DNA of 64,000 nt, taken from NCBI GenBank assembly GCA_951406725.2, contig OX597814.1, positions 169,880,001 through 169,944,000 on the forward strand. Direction: 5' to 3'. The stretch comes from Octopus vulgaris (lineage: Eukaryota). This document shows, in pieces, positions 1 through 12,250 of this stretch; the stretch's first letter is position 1, and each line of letters starts with the position of its first letter. Under the pieces are notes generated by a model that worked only from the letters and a program-made list of their open reading frames with translations, ran no database searches and was not told the origin of the DNA. A program made the translations under genes and the position numbers.

Positions 1-152
1 AACTTAGCAGTTTGGGAAAAAAAAGCCTATGGAATAAGTACTGGGTTTACAAAGAATAAGTCCTGGGTTTGATTTCTTCATCTAACAAAATCCTTTAAGG
101 TGGTGCTCCAGCATGGCCACAGACAAATGACTGAAACAAGTAAAAGAAGAAA
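1..152 (+). mobile_element. 3' tail of SINE family A (tRNA head + CORE-like segment + internal microsatellite)
   Basis: Matches the tail ...ggtgctccagcatggccacag(t)caaatgactgaaacaagtaaaaga of full copies at 8940-9347 and 23343-23742. Confidence 0.85.
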
Positions 153-437
153 AAGAACTGGAGAGTTATACTAGAAATAAACAGATACGTATAAGAGTAT
201 AAACCATGTTAAGGACTCGACTCATCAGTAGCTTACTTAAAATTCACATCTTATTTTGTTTAACATTGAAGCACCATCCGAGTGTTAAACAAAATAAGAT
301 ATGAATTTTAAGTAAGCTACTGAGGAATCAAGTCCTTCACAGGGTTTATACTCTTATATGTATCTGTTTATTTCTAGTATAACACTCCAGTTCTTTTTCT
401 AGCTTTTACTTGTTTCAGTCATTTGTCTGTGGCCATG
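112..437. repeat. Long imperfect palindrome (~155-bp arms), probable PLE-type tail-to-tail insertion with inverted copy of the flank
   Basis: Arms 112-267 and 281-437 are reverse complements around a short loop; the outer ~40 bp of each arm is SINE-A tail. Confidence 0.85.
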
Positions 438-790
438 TTGCCAGAGTGGCTAACTGGTTTCCGTACCGGTGGCATGTAAGAGGCACCATTCGAGCAGGAT
501 CGTTGCCAGCATCGCCTTACTAACACCTGTGCCATCGGCATGTGTAAAAAGATTCGAGTGCAGTCACTGCCAGTACTACCTGAGTGGCCCCCGTGCTGGT
601 GGCATGTAAAAGCACCCACTACACTCTCGGAGTGGTTGGCGTTAGGAAGGGCATCCAGCTGTAGAAACTCTGCCAGATCAAGACTGGAGCCTGGTGCAGC
701 CATCTGGTTCACCAGCCCTCAGTCAAAACGTCCAACCCATGCTAGCATGGAAAGCGGACGTTAAACGATGATGATGATGATGATAATGAT
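438..790 (+). mobile_element. RTE LINE 3' UTR/tail fragment
   Basis: ggtggcatgtaaaagcacc motifs, ggttggcgttaggaagggcatccagctgtagaaac, and an aacccatgctagcatggaaagcggacgttaaac(gat)n end, as downstream of the RTE ORF at 42164-42826. Confidence 0.85.
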
Positions 791-961
791 TGAAGAAAGG
801 GATATCTTTATGCTGTTTGTTGAATTATGTAGATTTTTCTTTAAGTGGACAAGTTTCAATAAGTTTTAATTTGGAATTCTAAATTAGGTATTTTTTTTTT
901 TTAAATTGTTATTCATTTATTATGCAAAATATGCTGATATTTGATTTAATTATTTATTTTC

Positions 962-2252
962 TATGAGGTAAATTATTCAATATTTTTCAGCATCTGGAGG
1001 TTAAATTGCAGAAAGGAAAGTGAAACAGCCAGAGGTTAGATAAAGGAAATTATCCAATAAATTCTCATAGTCAGAAGTTGAACATGAGAATTGATTTAAT
1101 TTCTTCCAATGACCGAAGGAGAAATTTGACAACACATTTTAACAGCCAGAGGTTAAATAATAGAAAATTGGGTTACTCACGGCTAAAGCACATAAGTGAA
1201 TCTCACCAACAAGTTCACAGATCGATTCAACCTTTCCCTCATGGAAATTTCCTCAGAGTTAATCTCCTCCAGTATTCTGTGTGTTAGCTTTCATTTGTCT
1301 CAATTGGAATTTTTATTCAACAAGGGAATTATTTGCAGCACCAGTGAATATTTCATTTGCTTTTTCCTATATGAGAGACATCAAATTCTCAAGGTGGTGC
1401 TCCAGCATGGTCGCAGTCCAATAACTGAAACAAGTAAATGGTATAACGTTTTTATTTTATACCATTTACTTGCTTCAGTTATTGGATTAGATTGAACCAT
1501 TCCACCATGCAATCATTGAAAATATCAAGGTTCAAAAGAGTATTAGTCTTTGCATACTTGTTGTTTCATCACCATGTGATTTGCAGTGCTTCCTTTCACA
1601 AGAAGTCTTTGGTTTTGTAATCATGAAATAATATAACGCCTTTGGTTCAAAGAGAGAGAAAGAGAGAGAGAAAGAGTCGGTCTTCAAGAATTGTTGTGAA
1701 GTGACTGTAGCAATTCAGATTCTCCTTGGCTGAGCTTGTCAGAAAATACCTTGAGGCTAATTCTTCAGAGAAAATGTTTGAGTTCTTGGCAGCTGAAAGT
1801 TGAATAATAGAATTGTGTTGTTTCTGCAATTTTGGTGGAAAGGTTGAAATCTGTTCATAGACATTCAAAATAATGATTTTATTTTCAAAAATAAATATAT
1901 AGATAAATAAATAAATAAATAAATAAAAATAAATCAGTTTGAAGGATAACCAGACTACTGTTGATAACTGCAACAGAATATTTTTTGGCTATTTTACCCC
2001 CAGCAAAGAGATAAATCTGAATAATTTTCCTTATTACTCTATAAATAAGTTTCTATTGAATATTATCTTTAAAACTGAATATTATTCATTTTATATCAAA
2101 AAATGAAATTCCATAGAATTCACTGGCCAGGGACACAGAAATCAAACTTGCAGTGAGATTCAGCAACTTATTTGGTGAGAGATTTAGCCAGGAGAAATTT
2201 TCTGTTATTTTAATCTCCAGCCATAGAAAAATATTGAATAATTAACCTCACA
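962..2252. mobile_element. Degenerate TIR-bounded element, superfamily unresolved
   Basis: tgaggtaaattattcaatatttttc...ctggaggttaaattgcagaaa (963-1013) is the reverse complement of ttctgttattttaatctccag...gaaaaatattgaataattaacctca (2199-2251); the interior is decayed. Confidence 0.5.
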
Positions 2253-2555
2253 AATATCAAAAAAAAATACATGAAGATAGAAAAATATTTTTGTACTTTA
2301 CCTTGAAAAATGTTAAAATATGTTTTTTTAAAAGGGATATTTTTGTATTTTACATTATAGTTACAGTACTGGCTTGAAGTTTAGAAGCTCACTTTGCACC
2401 GTTTGATTTTTCCTGGATTGAATCCTAGGTGCAGCATTTTGGTCAAGTGACTTAGTGTCTTCTGCTATAGCTTCAGGTTGACTAATTCCTTGTTAGTGAA
2501 ATTCAGTAGATAGAAACTGAGCAGAAGCCAACATGCCATATATATATATACATAC

Positions 2556-2597
<42 letters not shown>

Positions 2598-3015
2598 GTA
2601 CTCTTTTACTCTTTACACTTTTACTTGTTTCAGTCATTTGACTGTGGCCATGCTGGAGCACCACCTTTAGTCGAGCATATAGACCCCAGGACTTATTCTT
2701 TGGAAGCCTAGTACTTATTCTATTGGTCACTTTTGTCAAACCACTAAGTTACAGGGATGTAAATACACCACCATCAGTTGTCAAGCGATGTTGGGGGACA
2801 AACACAGACACACAAACATATACACACACATACATATATATACATATATACGATGGGCTTCTTTCAATTTCCATCTACCAAATCCACTCACAAGGATTTG
2901 GTTGACCCGAGGCTTTCGTAGAAAACACATGCCCAAGGTGCCATGCAGTGGGAATGAACCCGGAACCATGTGGTTGGTAAGCAAGCTACTTACCACACAG
3001 CCACTCTTGTGCCTA
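2598..3015 (-). mobile_element. Full-length SINE family A
   Basis: Reverse complement of head ggcataggagtggctgtgtggtaag...ggttc, then ggcaccttgggca, internal (TA)/(TG)n and the tail. Confidence 0.9.
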
Positions 3016-3814
3016 TACATATAGTGAAAATCTACAAACAAAAGACGAAGACGGGTATGTAAACAACAAACAGATGTATTAGTTTAACACTAGAAGGTGG
3101 GTAGGAGTGAAGAGAGGAAGTAGGTGTCAGAGCAACAGAGGAGAGGTGGGTGGGAGGAAGTAGGTTTGAGAGGAAGAGAGAGGAGGGTTAGATGAAGAGG
3201 GGAGGAGAGTTTAACCCATATGGTTCAAAGGAGCAAAGAGAGAAGATTAATCCCTGTTCATGGCAAAGATGAGAGTCTGAATGGCCTCCTGTGTGAGGAC
3301 AATCCAAACATAGACAAGTTTTGTAAAGAATGACCGGTAGAGTGGAAATGGCATGAGACCAGGTTCTCGTTGCTGAGTCTGATATCTCAGAGGTGTTCCA
3401 CAAACCGGTTAGCCAAGTGGCGCCCCATTTGACCGATGTACAGAGAAGGACAGAGATAGCAGGAGAAACAGTAGATGATGTTGCTAGAAGTGCAGGTCAG
3501 TGATATGATAGGGTCGATGATGGGTGCCTATGAGGAGGGTGATATTTGAGAGGTAAGAGCAAGTGCGGCAGTGTGGGCAGGAGCAGGAGAACAAGCAGGG
3601 TTGGGAGGTTGGTTTAGGGAAGAAGCTGTGGGCCAAGATGTCTCATCGGTTGTGGGCTTGTTTGAAAAAGGGGAGGGGTCGGTTAGGGAAGATGTGTGAA
3701 GTGGAGGGGTAGGACTGGAGTCACTAGAAGGTTCAGAGAATGGTGCATTGGAGATGTAGGGTGGTGTGGTGGTAGGTGAGGGGAAACAGGAAACGGATAA
3801 TGGCGGGGCAGGTG

Positions 3815-4320
3815 CATGGGAGAGAGCAGATGCATGGTCCAGGGAATGTGCTCTGGTTTGGTCATATGATGCAAATGGATGCTGATACCACCATAAAGAA
3901 GTGCCAATCTCTCAAAGTGGACAGAACTCATGAAAGACAGAGACCTAAGAAAATATGGGACAAAGTACTGAAAGTCGAACTTAGGATGCTGAATTTTTCA
4001 GACATGATGACAAAGATCTGAGATACCTGGCACCTTGCCTACTCAAGAAGACCTGACCTCCACAGTAGAAGTGATAAGGCTTGCAAGAGACCTGTGTCAG
4101 TGCTATGTAAAAGGTATTTGTACCAGCACCACATAAAAGCACTCATGCTGGTACCACGTTAAAAGCACCCAGCACACACTGTAAAGTGGTTGGGGTTAGG
4201 AAGAGCATCCAGTCATAGAAACCAACCCAAATCAAACTGGAACCTGGTGCAGCTCTCCAGCTTGTCGGCACTGGTGTAACTGTCCAACCCATGCCAGCAT
4301 GGAAAATGGACATTAAATGA
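3815..4320 (+). mobile_element. Old RTE LINE 3' fragment
   Basis: Translates to WFGHMMQMD...KKCQSLKV...RPKKIWDKVLK, homologous to the RTE C-terminus at 42600-42826, and ends in the RTE tail. Confidence 0.75.
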
Positions 4321-4520
4321 TGATGATGATGACGATGACGACGATGACGACGATGATGACGATGATGATGATGATGGTGATGATGATGGTGATGGTGATG
4401 GTGATGATGATGATAATGATGATGGTGATGGTGATGATGATGATGATAATGATGATGATGATGATGATGATGGTGATGGTGATGGTGATGGTGATGGTGA
4501 TGATGGTGATGATGGTGATG
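4317..4520. repeat. (GAT)n/(GGTGAT)n microsatellite expanded from an RTE tail
   Basis: Direct reading; it follows ggacattaaat, the RTE terminus. Confidence 0.95.
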
Positions 4521-4529
4521 ATATGTACA

Positions 4530-5010
4530 TACATCCATACAAATGAAACATAATGTCATAGCTCAAGCATTACACAATGTAATCTGCAGTAAGAACGGTC
4601 AAGAAGATAAAAGTACAGACAGTTACAATGATACAAGGTATAGTCATAATGTAAAAGAATACTGGTGGAATATTCCAGAGAAAGCCAAGGTAAATTGTAT
4701 GCCTAACAGACCAGACATAAATGGTCTGGAACGGAGTAACGGATGTTTGCTCAGGAGTGGTGATCAGTTGCCCAGGAGATAACATTGTACTAAAGGAAAG
4801 TGAGAAAGGAAATGGCTACGCTGATCTAATGAGATATCTGTAGATTTTCCAACGAGATTATAAGTCTAGAATTATACATGTAATTGTCATGGTGTTTGTA
4901 TAGTTTAAAGATGTATAACTAACTGCCTTAGCACTAATCTTGAGAAGCAGGGCATCACAAAATAAGAATGGACACAACTAATTAGGAAATTACAATTACA
5001 AACCAATAAA
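4530..5010 (+). mobile_element. Decayed restriction-like-endonuclease non-LTR retrotransposon fragment (R4/NeSL-like)
   Basis: KHNVIAQALH...YWWNIP...NRPDI and, after a frameshift, V..SCPGDN...KE.EK...YADL, paralleling the RHD...WD..NRPDIV..D...KY.DL motifs at 25354-25985. Confidence 0.6.
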
Positions 5011-5249
5011 TAGGACAGTGTAAATATGTAATGAACACCATACATTTAGTATTATAATATGTGCATATATATATATATATCATCATCATCATCATCACAT
5101 CATCATCATAATCATCATCATCATAATCATCATCATCATCATCGTTTAACGTCCGCTTTCCATGCTAGCATGGGTTGGACGAGCATGGAAATATATATAT
5201 ATATTTATATATATATGTGTGTGTGTGTGTATATATATATATAAATATG

Positions 5250-5302
<53 letters not shown>

Positions 5303-5593
5303 AATAGACATACAAGCATATGTATATGTATGTACACATATGTAAGTCAAAACATACAGATTTATTCAAGGCACTGACATAGATCTACGCTTGTACACAC
5401 ATGTACATGGGCATTGAGCATACAGATACATGCATGCAAATATGCACATGCGTTCATGGATAATGCATAACAAGGCAGGCGCAAAAATTCTTCAAGACTA
5501 TATAACGAATTACAAATATTTTTATTCTCTTGACTCTATGAAGCTTATATAAAAGCTAACATGAAAGAATTTTCTTTACATTTCTGACAACAG

Positions 5594-5709
5594 AAGTATA
5601 GGAATAGCTCGCACTCTCTCTCCGCTTCGTTCCTCCGCCCTAACCGCCAACCATCTTACCATTGCATTTAATCAAATATTGCATCATATCATTGATATGA
5701 CCCATGAAG
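5594..5709 (+). CDS. Candidate 116-nt internal coding exon, product unknown
   Basis: Acceptor ttttctttacatttctgacaacAG, donor AG|GTATTT; non-repetitive, higher GC; open in phase 2 (SIGIARTLSPLRSSALTANHLTIAFNQILHHIIDMTHE). No homology recognised. Confidence 0.3.
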
Positions 5710-6472
5710 GTATTTATTATTCCATGCCTAAAGATAAGGATATATATTCTTTGAAATCTGTTCACTAGATTATAACAATTCATATGAACCTGATGCTATT
5801 TCTTGCTGCATCTAGTCTATATTGATCCATTGTACATTTTGACCAATGCAGCTCTCTCTTTCCTTCTCTTTTTCTTTCTTCCTTCCTTCCTTCCTTCCTT
5901 CCTTCCTTTCTTTCTTTCTTTTTCTTTCTTCTTTCATTCCTTCCTTCCTTTCTCTCTTTCTTTCCTTCCTTTCCCCCCTTCCTTTCTTTGCATTGAGCTA
6001 GCTTCCTCACCATCTCTTCAGTACAATTAGTGATAATGCATTTATTTTCGCAGATTGTGCCTCCGTCCCGACTCTCACTACCCTTACATCTCCCACCCCA
6101 TCAGTCACCATAACCAAACATAAACCAACACAAGCCATTAAGAGAGTCTCTAACTGGTCACTCAACTTACTAGTAATAGCAGCTAAATCTCCCTCAAATG
6201 ACTCTGTATTATCTATTTTTAAAAGGGACACACTAGGTGATGTAGTCCAGGGTACACCATACCTAGAATAATGTAAAGATAAGATAATCATGGTTCAGTG
6301 TTTCTGAGCATAAATCTGTTCAACCCTAGTCAACTTAGGGTTAAGCAACAACAACAACAATTTAAACAATGACCAAAATATTAGGTGCCTCAATTTTCAT
6401 CCTGTTTGTTTGTTTACTTCATTTCTTCTAATATTTCTGAAACTACTGAAGTTGAAAAGCTTAATTTTTATT

Positions 6473-6473
<1 letters not shown>

Positions 6474-6508
<35 letters not shown>

Positions 6509-6735
6509 GTTTAACGTCTGCTTTCCATGCTCGCATGGGTTGGATGATTTGATTGAGATCTGGCGATCCAGATGGCTGCACCAGACTCCAATCTTATCTG
6601 GCAGAATTTCTACAGCTGGATGCCCTTCCTAACGCCAACCACTCTGAGAGTAACTTTTACATGCTTTTACATGCCATCAGCATGACGGCCAGTCAAGCGG
6701 TACTGGCAATGGCCAAGCTCAAATGATGCTTTTTT
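6474..6735 (-). mobile_element. RTE LINE 3' tail fragment
   Basis: (CAT)n followed by gtttaacgtctgctttccatgc...ggatgcccttcctaacgccaacc. Confidence 0.8.
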
Positions 6736-6975
6736 TGTAAGTGATTATTAAATGTAATGTTTTAACACGTAAATTTTTTATAACATGCATATTTTTTTAA
6801 AAGTATTTTGCTCACCAAATTATACTTTATACATTTATTTGCATATTTGAATGGCATTAGGAAGAGCATCCAGCTGTAGAAACCATGCCAAAGCAGGCAC
6901 TGGAGTACAATGCAATTCTCAGATTTGTCAGATCCTGTCACACCATTTAACCCATGCCAGTACAGAAGATATGCA

Positions 6976-7200
6976 TTGACACTTTTGCATTCAAACTTCT
7001 CTGTTAAATGTAATGCTTATTTATTCACATTGTTTTGAATTAATCATGCATTATCTTGTAGCTTTGACATTTTGATGATGTGATTGTTTATTCTTAAAAC
7101 GACATTGTAGAGTAGATGTGAGAGGCCTGATATAGCCAGTGTGAACGTAAAACACAGAAATTTGGGCTTGATATGGCCAGTTTAGATGATAAAGGGTTAA
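6976..7200. mobile_element. piggyBac-like MITE; related copies at 26584-26798 and 37298-37931
   Basis: Ends in aaagggTTAA; degenerate left end resembles TTAAccctttagcatt; shared interior aaatgtaatgcttatttattcacattgttttgaattaatcatgcattatcttgtagc. Confidence 0.6.
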
Positions 7201-7204
7201 GAAA

Positions 7205-7440
7205 TGGTGGTGGTGATGATGATGATGACGAATTTGATGAGGATGTGGATGAGGATGGTGATGACGATGATGATGATGAGGACATTGATGATGATGATGA
7301 TGATGATGATGGTGACGACGACGACAGTGAAGACAACAACAGGGATGATGATGATAGTGGTGATGGTGGTGGTAGGGTTGATGATGATGAGGAGGAGGGG
7401 AGGAGAGAGGGAGAAGAGCAACATCAACAACGGTGATAAT
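7205..7440. repeat. (GAT)/(GGT)-rich low-complexity tract
   Basis: Direct reading. Confidence 0.9.
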
Positions 7441-8486
7441 TAGGTATGCAACCCAGCTCTATTCAACATGATGTGTTGACGACAAAACTAGGGATTACGA
7501 AGTTTCGGTTAGGGAAAAATACTCAAAGACTCTGACTACCTGAAAACTTAATGGTAAAAAGTCGGAGCTAACATATTTAATTTTATAAACCAAGAAATTT
7601 TCAGTTAATTTAAACAAATATTTCTGTGCCTACTACAGTGTTTCCCTTGTGTAACCCTGAAAATAAACTACATATCTCAAGGAACCCCTGCACAAAATAG
7701 AATATGAATTGAAAGAAACTTAACTGTTATTTCTTGCAGGTTGAATGGCCACATAAAGGCTTCTTCATTGGTTCGCCATACATTCAAATATTGGTTGTAT
7801 ATGTAGAGAAATATTTGCTTTGTTTGTTTAACTGTTTTTGTTAATAATGAGTCAAAAATATCTGATGGCCATATGAAATGATAATGAGTGTACACCAAAC
7901 ATGGCTGTTGTTTGCTAGATTATAATTTTTCAGACTATTAATCTTGTCTTTAGAGATGAAAGAGTTCTCAATATTTACACTGTTCCATCAGATTGATCTC
8001 TGATTGTTGTCAGATATGTTATTCCTGTGAGAATGGATTCACAGTGACAGTTTAACATCCAAACTTACTGCAGGGTCAGAATATTCATAATTTCAAATGT
8101 TTTTAGAAATAGTAATAAATATAGCAAATAGCTATCTGCAGTAGAAGCGGTATTAGATTAAAATAGATATCTGCGTATCATATTTGATGCAAATACATCA
8201 TAGAAAGACAGATTTATTGTTATATTTGTCCAGAGATAATAAAGGGTAATTCTACAGTAAATTTGCCTTTCAGCGAAATATTTACTTTAAGTATGATACA
8301 GAAGTGGCTATTGTAATCTAATACTGTTTCTGTTGCTCATAATGGATACTCACACACACATGTGCATGCACACACATGTGCATGCACACACATGCACACA
8401 CACGCACAGACACACACACACAGACACACACACAGACACACACACACACACATGAGCACAAACACATGTATTTGTATGTGTGTGTA

Positions 8487-8523
<37 letters not shown>

Positions 8524-8666
8524 TTCATAATAGTACTCAGAAGTTAAAACATTAAAATAAAACATGTGCTAATATTTTAAAAGAGGAGACAAAACTACTT
8601 AATAAATGCCAATATTTAATATTAGAAAATAATACTGACAAAAAAAGATACTTAATTTTATAATTA

Positions 8667-10352
8667 CACTGTTCAGCAAATTTTAGGGTCAAGAAAAAGC
8701 ATAATTCTTATGTACATTTTATTATGAAGTTGATTGTGCTAAATTTGAATTTTATAACAAAAATTTCCCATCACATCACATTTTCTTGTAAATTACCGAC
8801 CTAGTAACTAGGCAATTTATACCAATTTCCACGATGCCATAAATTTATTTTCTCCCAAAGTCAGATTAAATATGTCCATTGTAATTAACTCATAAATATA
8901 TAATGAACCGGCATGTTTTTTAGCATTATATAATGTATAGGCATAGGAGTGGCTGTGTGGTAAGTAGCTTGCTTATGAATCACATGGTTCTGGGTTCAGT
9001 CCCACTGCATGGCACCTTGGGCAAGTGTCTTCTACTATAGCCTTGGGTCGACCAAAGCCTTGTGAGTGGATTTGGTAGACGGAAACTGAAAGAAGCCCGT
9101 CATATATATGTATATATATGTGTGTATGTGTGTGTATACGCTTGTGTGTCTGTGTTTGTTCCCCCCAACGTTGCTTGACAACCGATGCTGGTGTGTTTAT
9201 GTCCCTGTAACTTAGCGGTTTGGCAAAAGAGACCGATAGAATAAGTACTAGGCTTACAAAGGATAAGTCCTGGGGTCGATTTGGTCAGCTACAGGCAGTG
9301 CTCCAGCATGGCCACAGTCAAATGACTGAAACAAGTAAAAGAGTAAAGAATACTAACCAACATTTTAGTATTTACTTCTTCATTTATAAGATGTCTAAAG
9401 TGTGTTATGCTTCAGGTTCCAGCAGAAATCAGCCAGCATAGCTGGGCTCCATTTTCCCTTCTACCTGTTTTTCATTGATGCTATATCTTGATGAAACCCC
9501 TCCATGTTCATCACTCACATCTCCTGAATTCTCTGGGAAGAAGGACACATGAGAATAAAGAAAGTGTATCTTCAGTGACATATTGCATCTGAGATCCTGA
9601 TAGCACTTGATTAGGATTTCCACTATACTCTCTCGCCGGGCCACTTAGTGCTTTTCCCAGAAGTCCTTTGCATACATCTTTGAATGCATGCCAGGCTGCT
9701 AGTTCAGTTTCATCCATTGTAACCTCGAAGTCCTCATCAGCTATAAGTTGACTAATCTGAGGGCCTACAAATATGCCCTCTTTAATCTTGGCATCACTTA
9801 TTTTAGGGAAGATTGCCTTGAGGTATGGAAACATGGTTTGTTATGTTGCAGTACTTTGGTAAATTGCTTCATTAGGCCTAGTTTTATATACAGTGGTGGC
9901 AAAATGACTTTCTCCTTCTTAACTAGTGGCTCGTGATTTACACTATGGCATCCAGGAGTCATAGTTTCCTGAGGTGGCCATCCTGAGTGTACATAATGTA
10001 CTGATCTGGCCCTATTGTCCCACTTGCAAAGGAAGCACATAAACTTGGTGTATCCAGTTTGTAGCCCATTAAGTAGGGCTACTACTTTCAAGTCTACACA
10101 AATTAGCAACTCATGCTCCTTGTAACTTATGCAGTCTAGAATAACAGTGAGGTTCTCATATGTCTCTCTTAAAATGACTGAGTGAGCAATTGGAACTGAA
10201 GGCATGGTGTTCCCAATGTGCCACAGAACCACTTTTATGCTGTAAAGGGATGCATCTATGAATAACCTCTACTCATTTGGTTCATAGGTCAGCTCAAAGG
10301 CATTGAACAGTTCTCTGATGTTATTAGAATAAGTCAAATTGTTTTCCAAAGT
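8667..10352 (-). mobile_element. Chapaev3-like (CMC) DNA transposon remnant with transposase pseudogene
   Basis: Frameshifted minus-strand peptides RLFIDAS..., ICVDLKVVALLNGLQTGYTKFMCFLCKWD, LPPLYIKLGLMKQF, KIKEGIFVGPQI and CNMSLKIHFLYSH..FFPEN.GDVSDEHG. A CACTG terminus lies at 8667. Interrupted by a SINE at 8940-9347. Confidence 0.8.
8940..9347 (+). mobile_element. Full-length SINE family A
   Basis: A-box-like tggctgtgtgg, B-box-like ggttcagtccc, CORE-like ggcaccttgggcaagtgtctt, internal (TA)(TG)n and gagtaaa tail. Confidence 0.9.
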
Positions 10353-10361
10353 GTATATATA

Positions 10362-10627
10362 TACATACAAAATTTAAAAGACCGAACACTAAAAGTGGAC
10401 AGTCAACATGCTAGATATAGACGTCAAATTGCTATTTTCCACAAAAGAACATATTCTTTTGTGGAAAATAGCGATTTGACGTCTATATCTAGCATGTTGA
10501 CTGTCCACTTTTAGTGTTCAGTCCTTTAAATTTTGTATGTAAAAATATTTTAATCTTCGGATTCTTTCTAATATGCTGGGCCACTGGTTTTAATTGACTA
10601 ATATCAATTTCTACCCTTATTAAATTA
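10362..10627 (+). mobile_element. Short element with an ~88-bp-arm terminal hairpin in (TA)n (PLE-like terminus); same family at 34092-34305 on the minus strand
   Basis: 10362-10449 and 10455-10541 are reverse complements. tatgctgggccactggttttaa matches the reverse complement of taaaaccagtagcctagcata at ~34144, and that copy also has a hairpin (34202-34302). Confidence 0.65.
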
Positions 10628-11061
10628 TATATATATATATATATATACAATGGGCTTCTTTCAGTTTCAGTCTGCTAAATCCATTCACAAAGCTTTGCTC
10701 GACATAAGGCCAAGATGCTACACAATGGGACTGAACCTGGGAATATGTGGTTGGGAAGCAAGCTTCTTACCATACAGCCATGGCACAAGACCAGCAATTT
10801 CGAAGAAGTTCAGTCAACTACATCAACCCCAGAGTGCAATTGGTACTTATTTTATCAACTTCAAAAGGGATAAAATGCAAAATCAACCTCAGCAGAATTT
10901 TAACTCAGAACATAAAAGTGGGCAAAATGCTGAATAGCCTTTTGTCCAGTATACTAATGATTCTGCCAGCTCACCACCTTATATGTATATGTATAGATTA
11001 CTCATTTGTGTGTTAGCACGAGTCTGTGTGTGTGTGTGTGTGTGTATGTGTAAGTAATTAG

Positions 11062-11262
11062 CCCTTGTGCTGGTGGCACGTAAAAGCCCCCACTACACTC
11101 TCAGAGTGGTTGGCATTAGGAAGGGCACCCAGTTGTAGAAACTCTGCCAGATCAGATTGGAGTCTGGTGCAGCCTTCTTGTTCACCAGACTTCAGTCAAA
11201 TCATCTAACCCATGCTAGCATGGAAAGCAGATGTTAAACGATGATGATGATGATGATGATGA
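11062..11262 (+). mobile_element. RTE LINE 3' tail fragment
   Basis: Canonical tail ending in (GAT)n. Confidence 0.85.
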
Positions 11263-11799
11263 TCTGTGTTTGTACTACTAAGTATCAGTTCCAAGTTCAA
11301 TATTTCCTTACACCGACTGTTTTTTTCTATCCTTCAAAGATTGATAAAACAACAAACTAAACATATATTAGGAGATCGGTTCCCTTCACTACACCAGAGG
11401 TAAGAAACCTATAATCTTTTGAAAGAAGCATGTTAAAAGAAAGTCATTAAACTGCAATATATTTTTGCTGATTTAATTTTAATTAAAAACCTAATATATT
11501 TTTGTTGATTTAATTTTAATTAAAAGCCTATCTTTTCAGCTACTAGCTAATTTTAGAAACACCCATTTATATTTCTTCATTATGCATTTGTAATTTTTTT
11601 AAATAATTATAATAATGTTTAAAGCATAGAAAACTGAATATATTCTTCAAAAACTAAAACACATTACGGTGGGAGTGTTTATTTGAAACACTCTGCTTTT
11701 TTCGTGGTTACATTTTGTTAGCAATTTTATGAATAATTGCATTTTATAAAATGATAGGTTTAGCAATTACTAAAAAACTTATTTTGAAAAGTGGCCTTG

Positions 11800-12250
11800 T
11801 CATCATCATCAACAACATTGTTTAATGTCTGCTTTCCATGCTAGCATGGACGATTTGACTGAGGACTGGAAAACCAGATGGCTGCACCATGCTCCAATCT
11901 TGATCTGGAAGAGTTTCTACAACTGGATGCCCTTCCTAACGCCAACCACTCGGAGAGTGTAGTGGGTGGTTTTACGTGCCACCAGCATGAGGGCGAGTCT
12001 GGCGGTACTGGCAGTAGCTACAAAAAAATCGCTTTTTTTTTAATTTTACGTGTCACCTGCACACTGGCACAGGTGCCAGGAAGGCGATGCTGGTAACAAT
12101 CACACTCAAATGGTGCTTTTTACGTGCCACCAGCATGAATGCCAGTTAGCTGCTCTGGCAACAATCCCGCTCGGATGGTGCTGTTAGGACTCCACTAGGA
12201 CAGATGCCAGTCATCGAATTTGATTTTGATTTCACTTGCCTCAACAGGTC
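11800..12250 (-). mobile_element. RTE LINE 3' UTR fragment with tandem structured units
   Basis: Tail, repeated ttttacgtgccacc units and cacttgcctcaacaggtc UTR motif. Confidence 0.8.

Noticed and set aside
4143-4566. Poly-His/Ser/Met/Ile ORFs, and similar ones at 7094-7443, 29302-30908, 31366-32077, 45631-45985 and 60970-62510
   Set aside because: They are translations of tri- and dinucleotide microsatellites open in several frames on both strands, with no splice or homology support.
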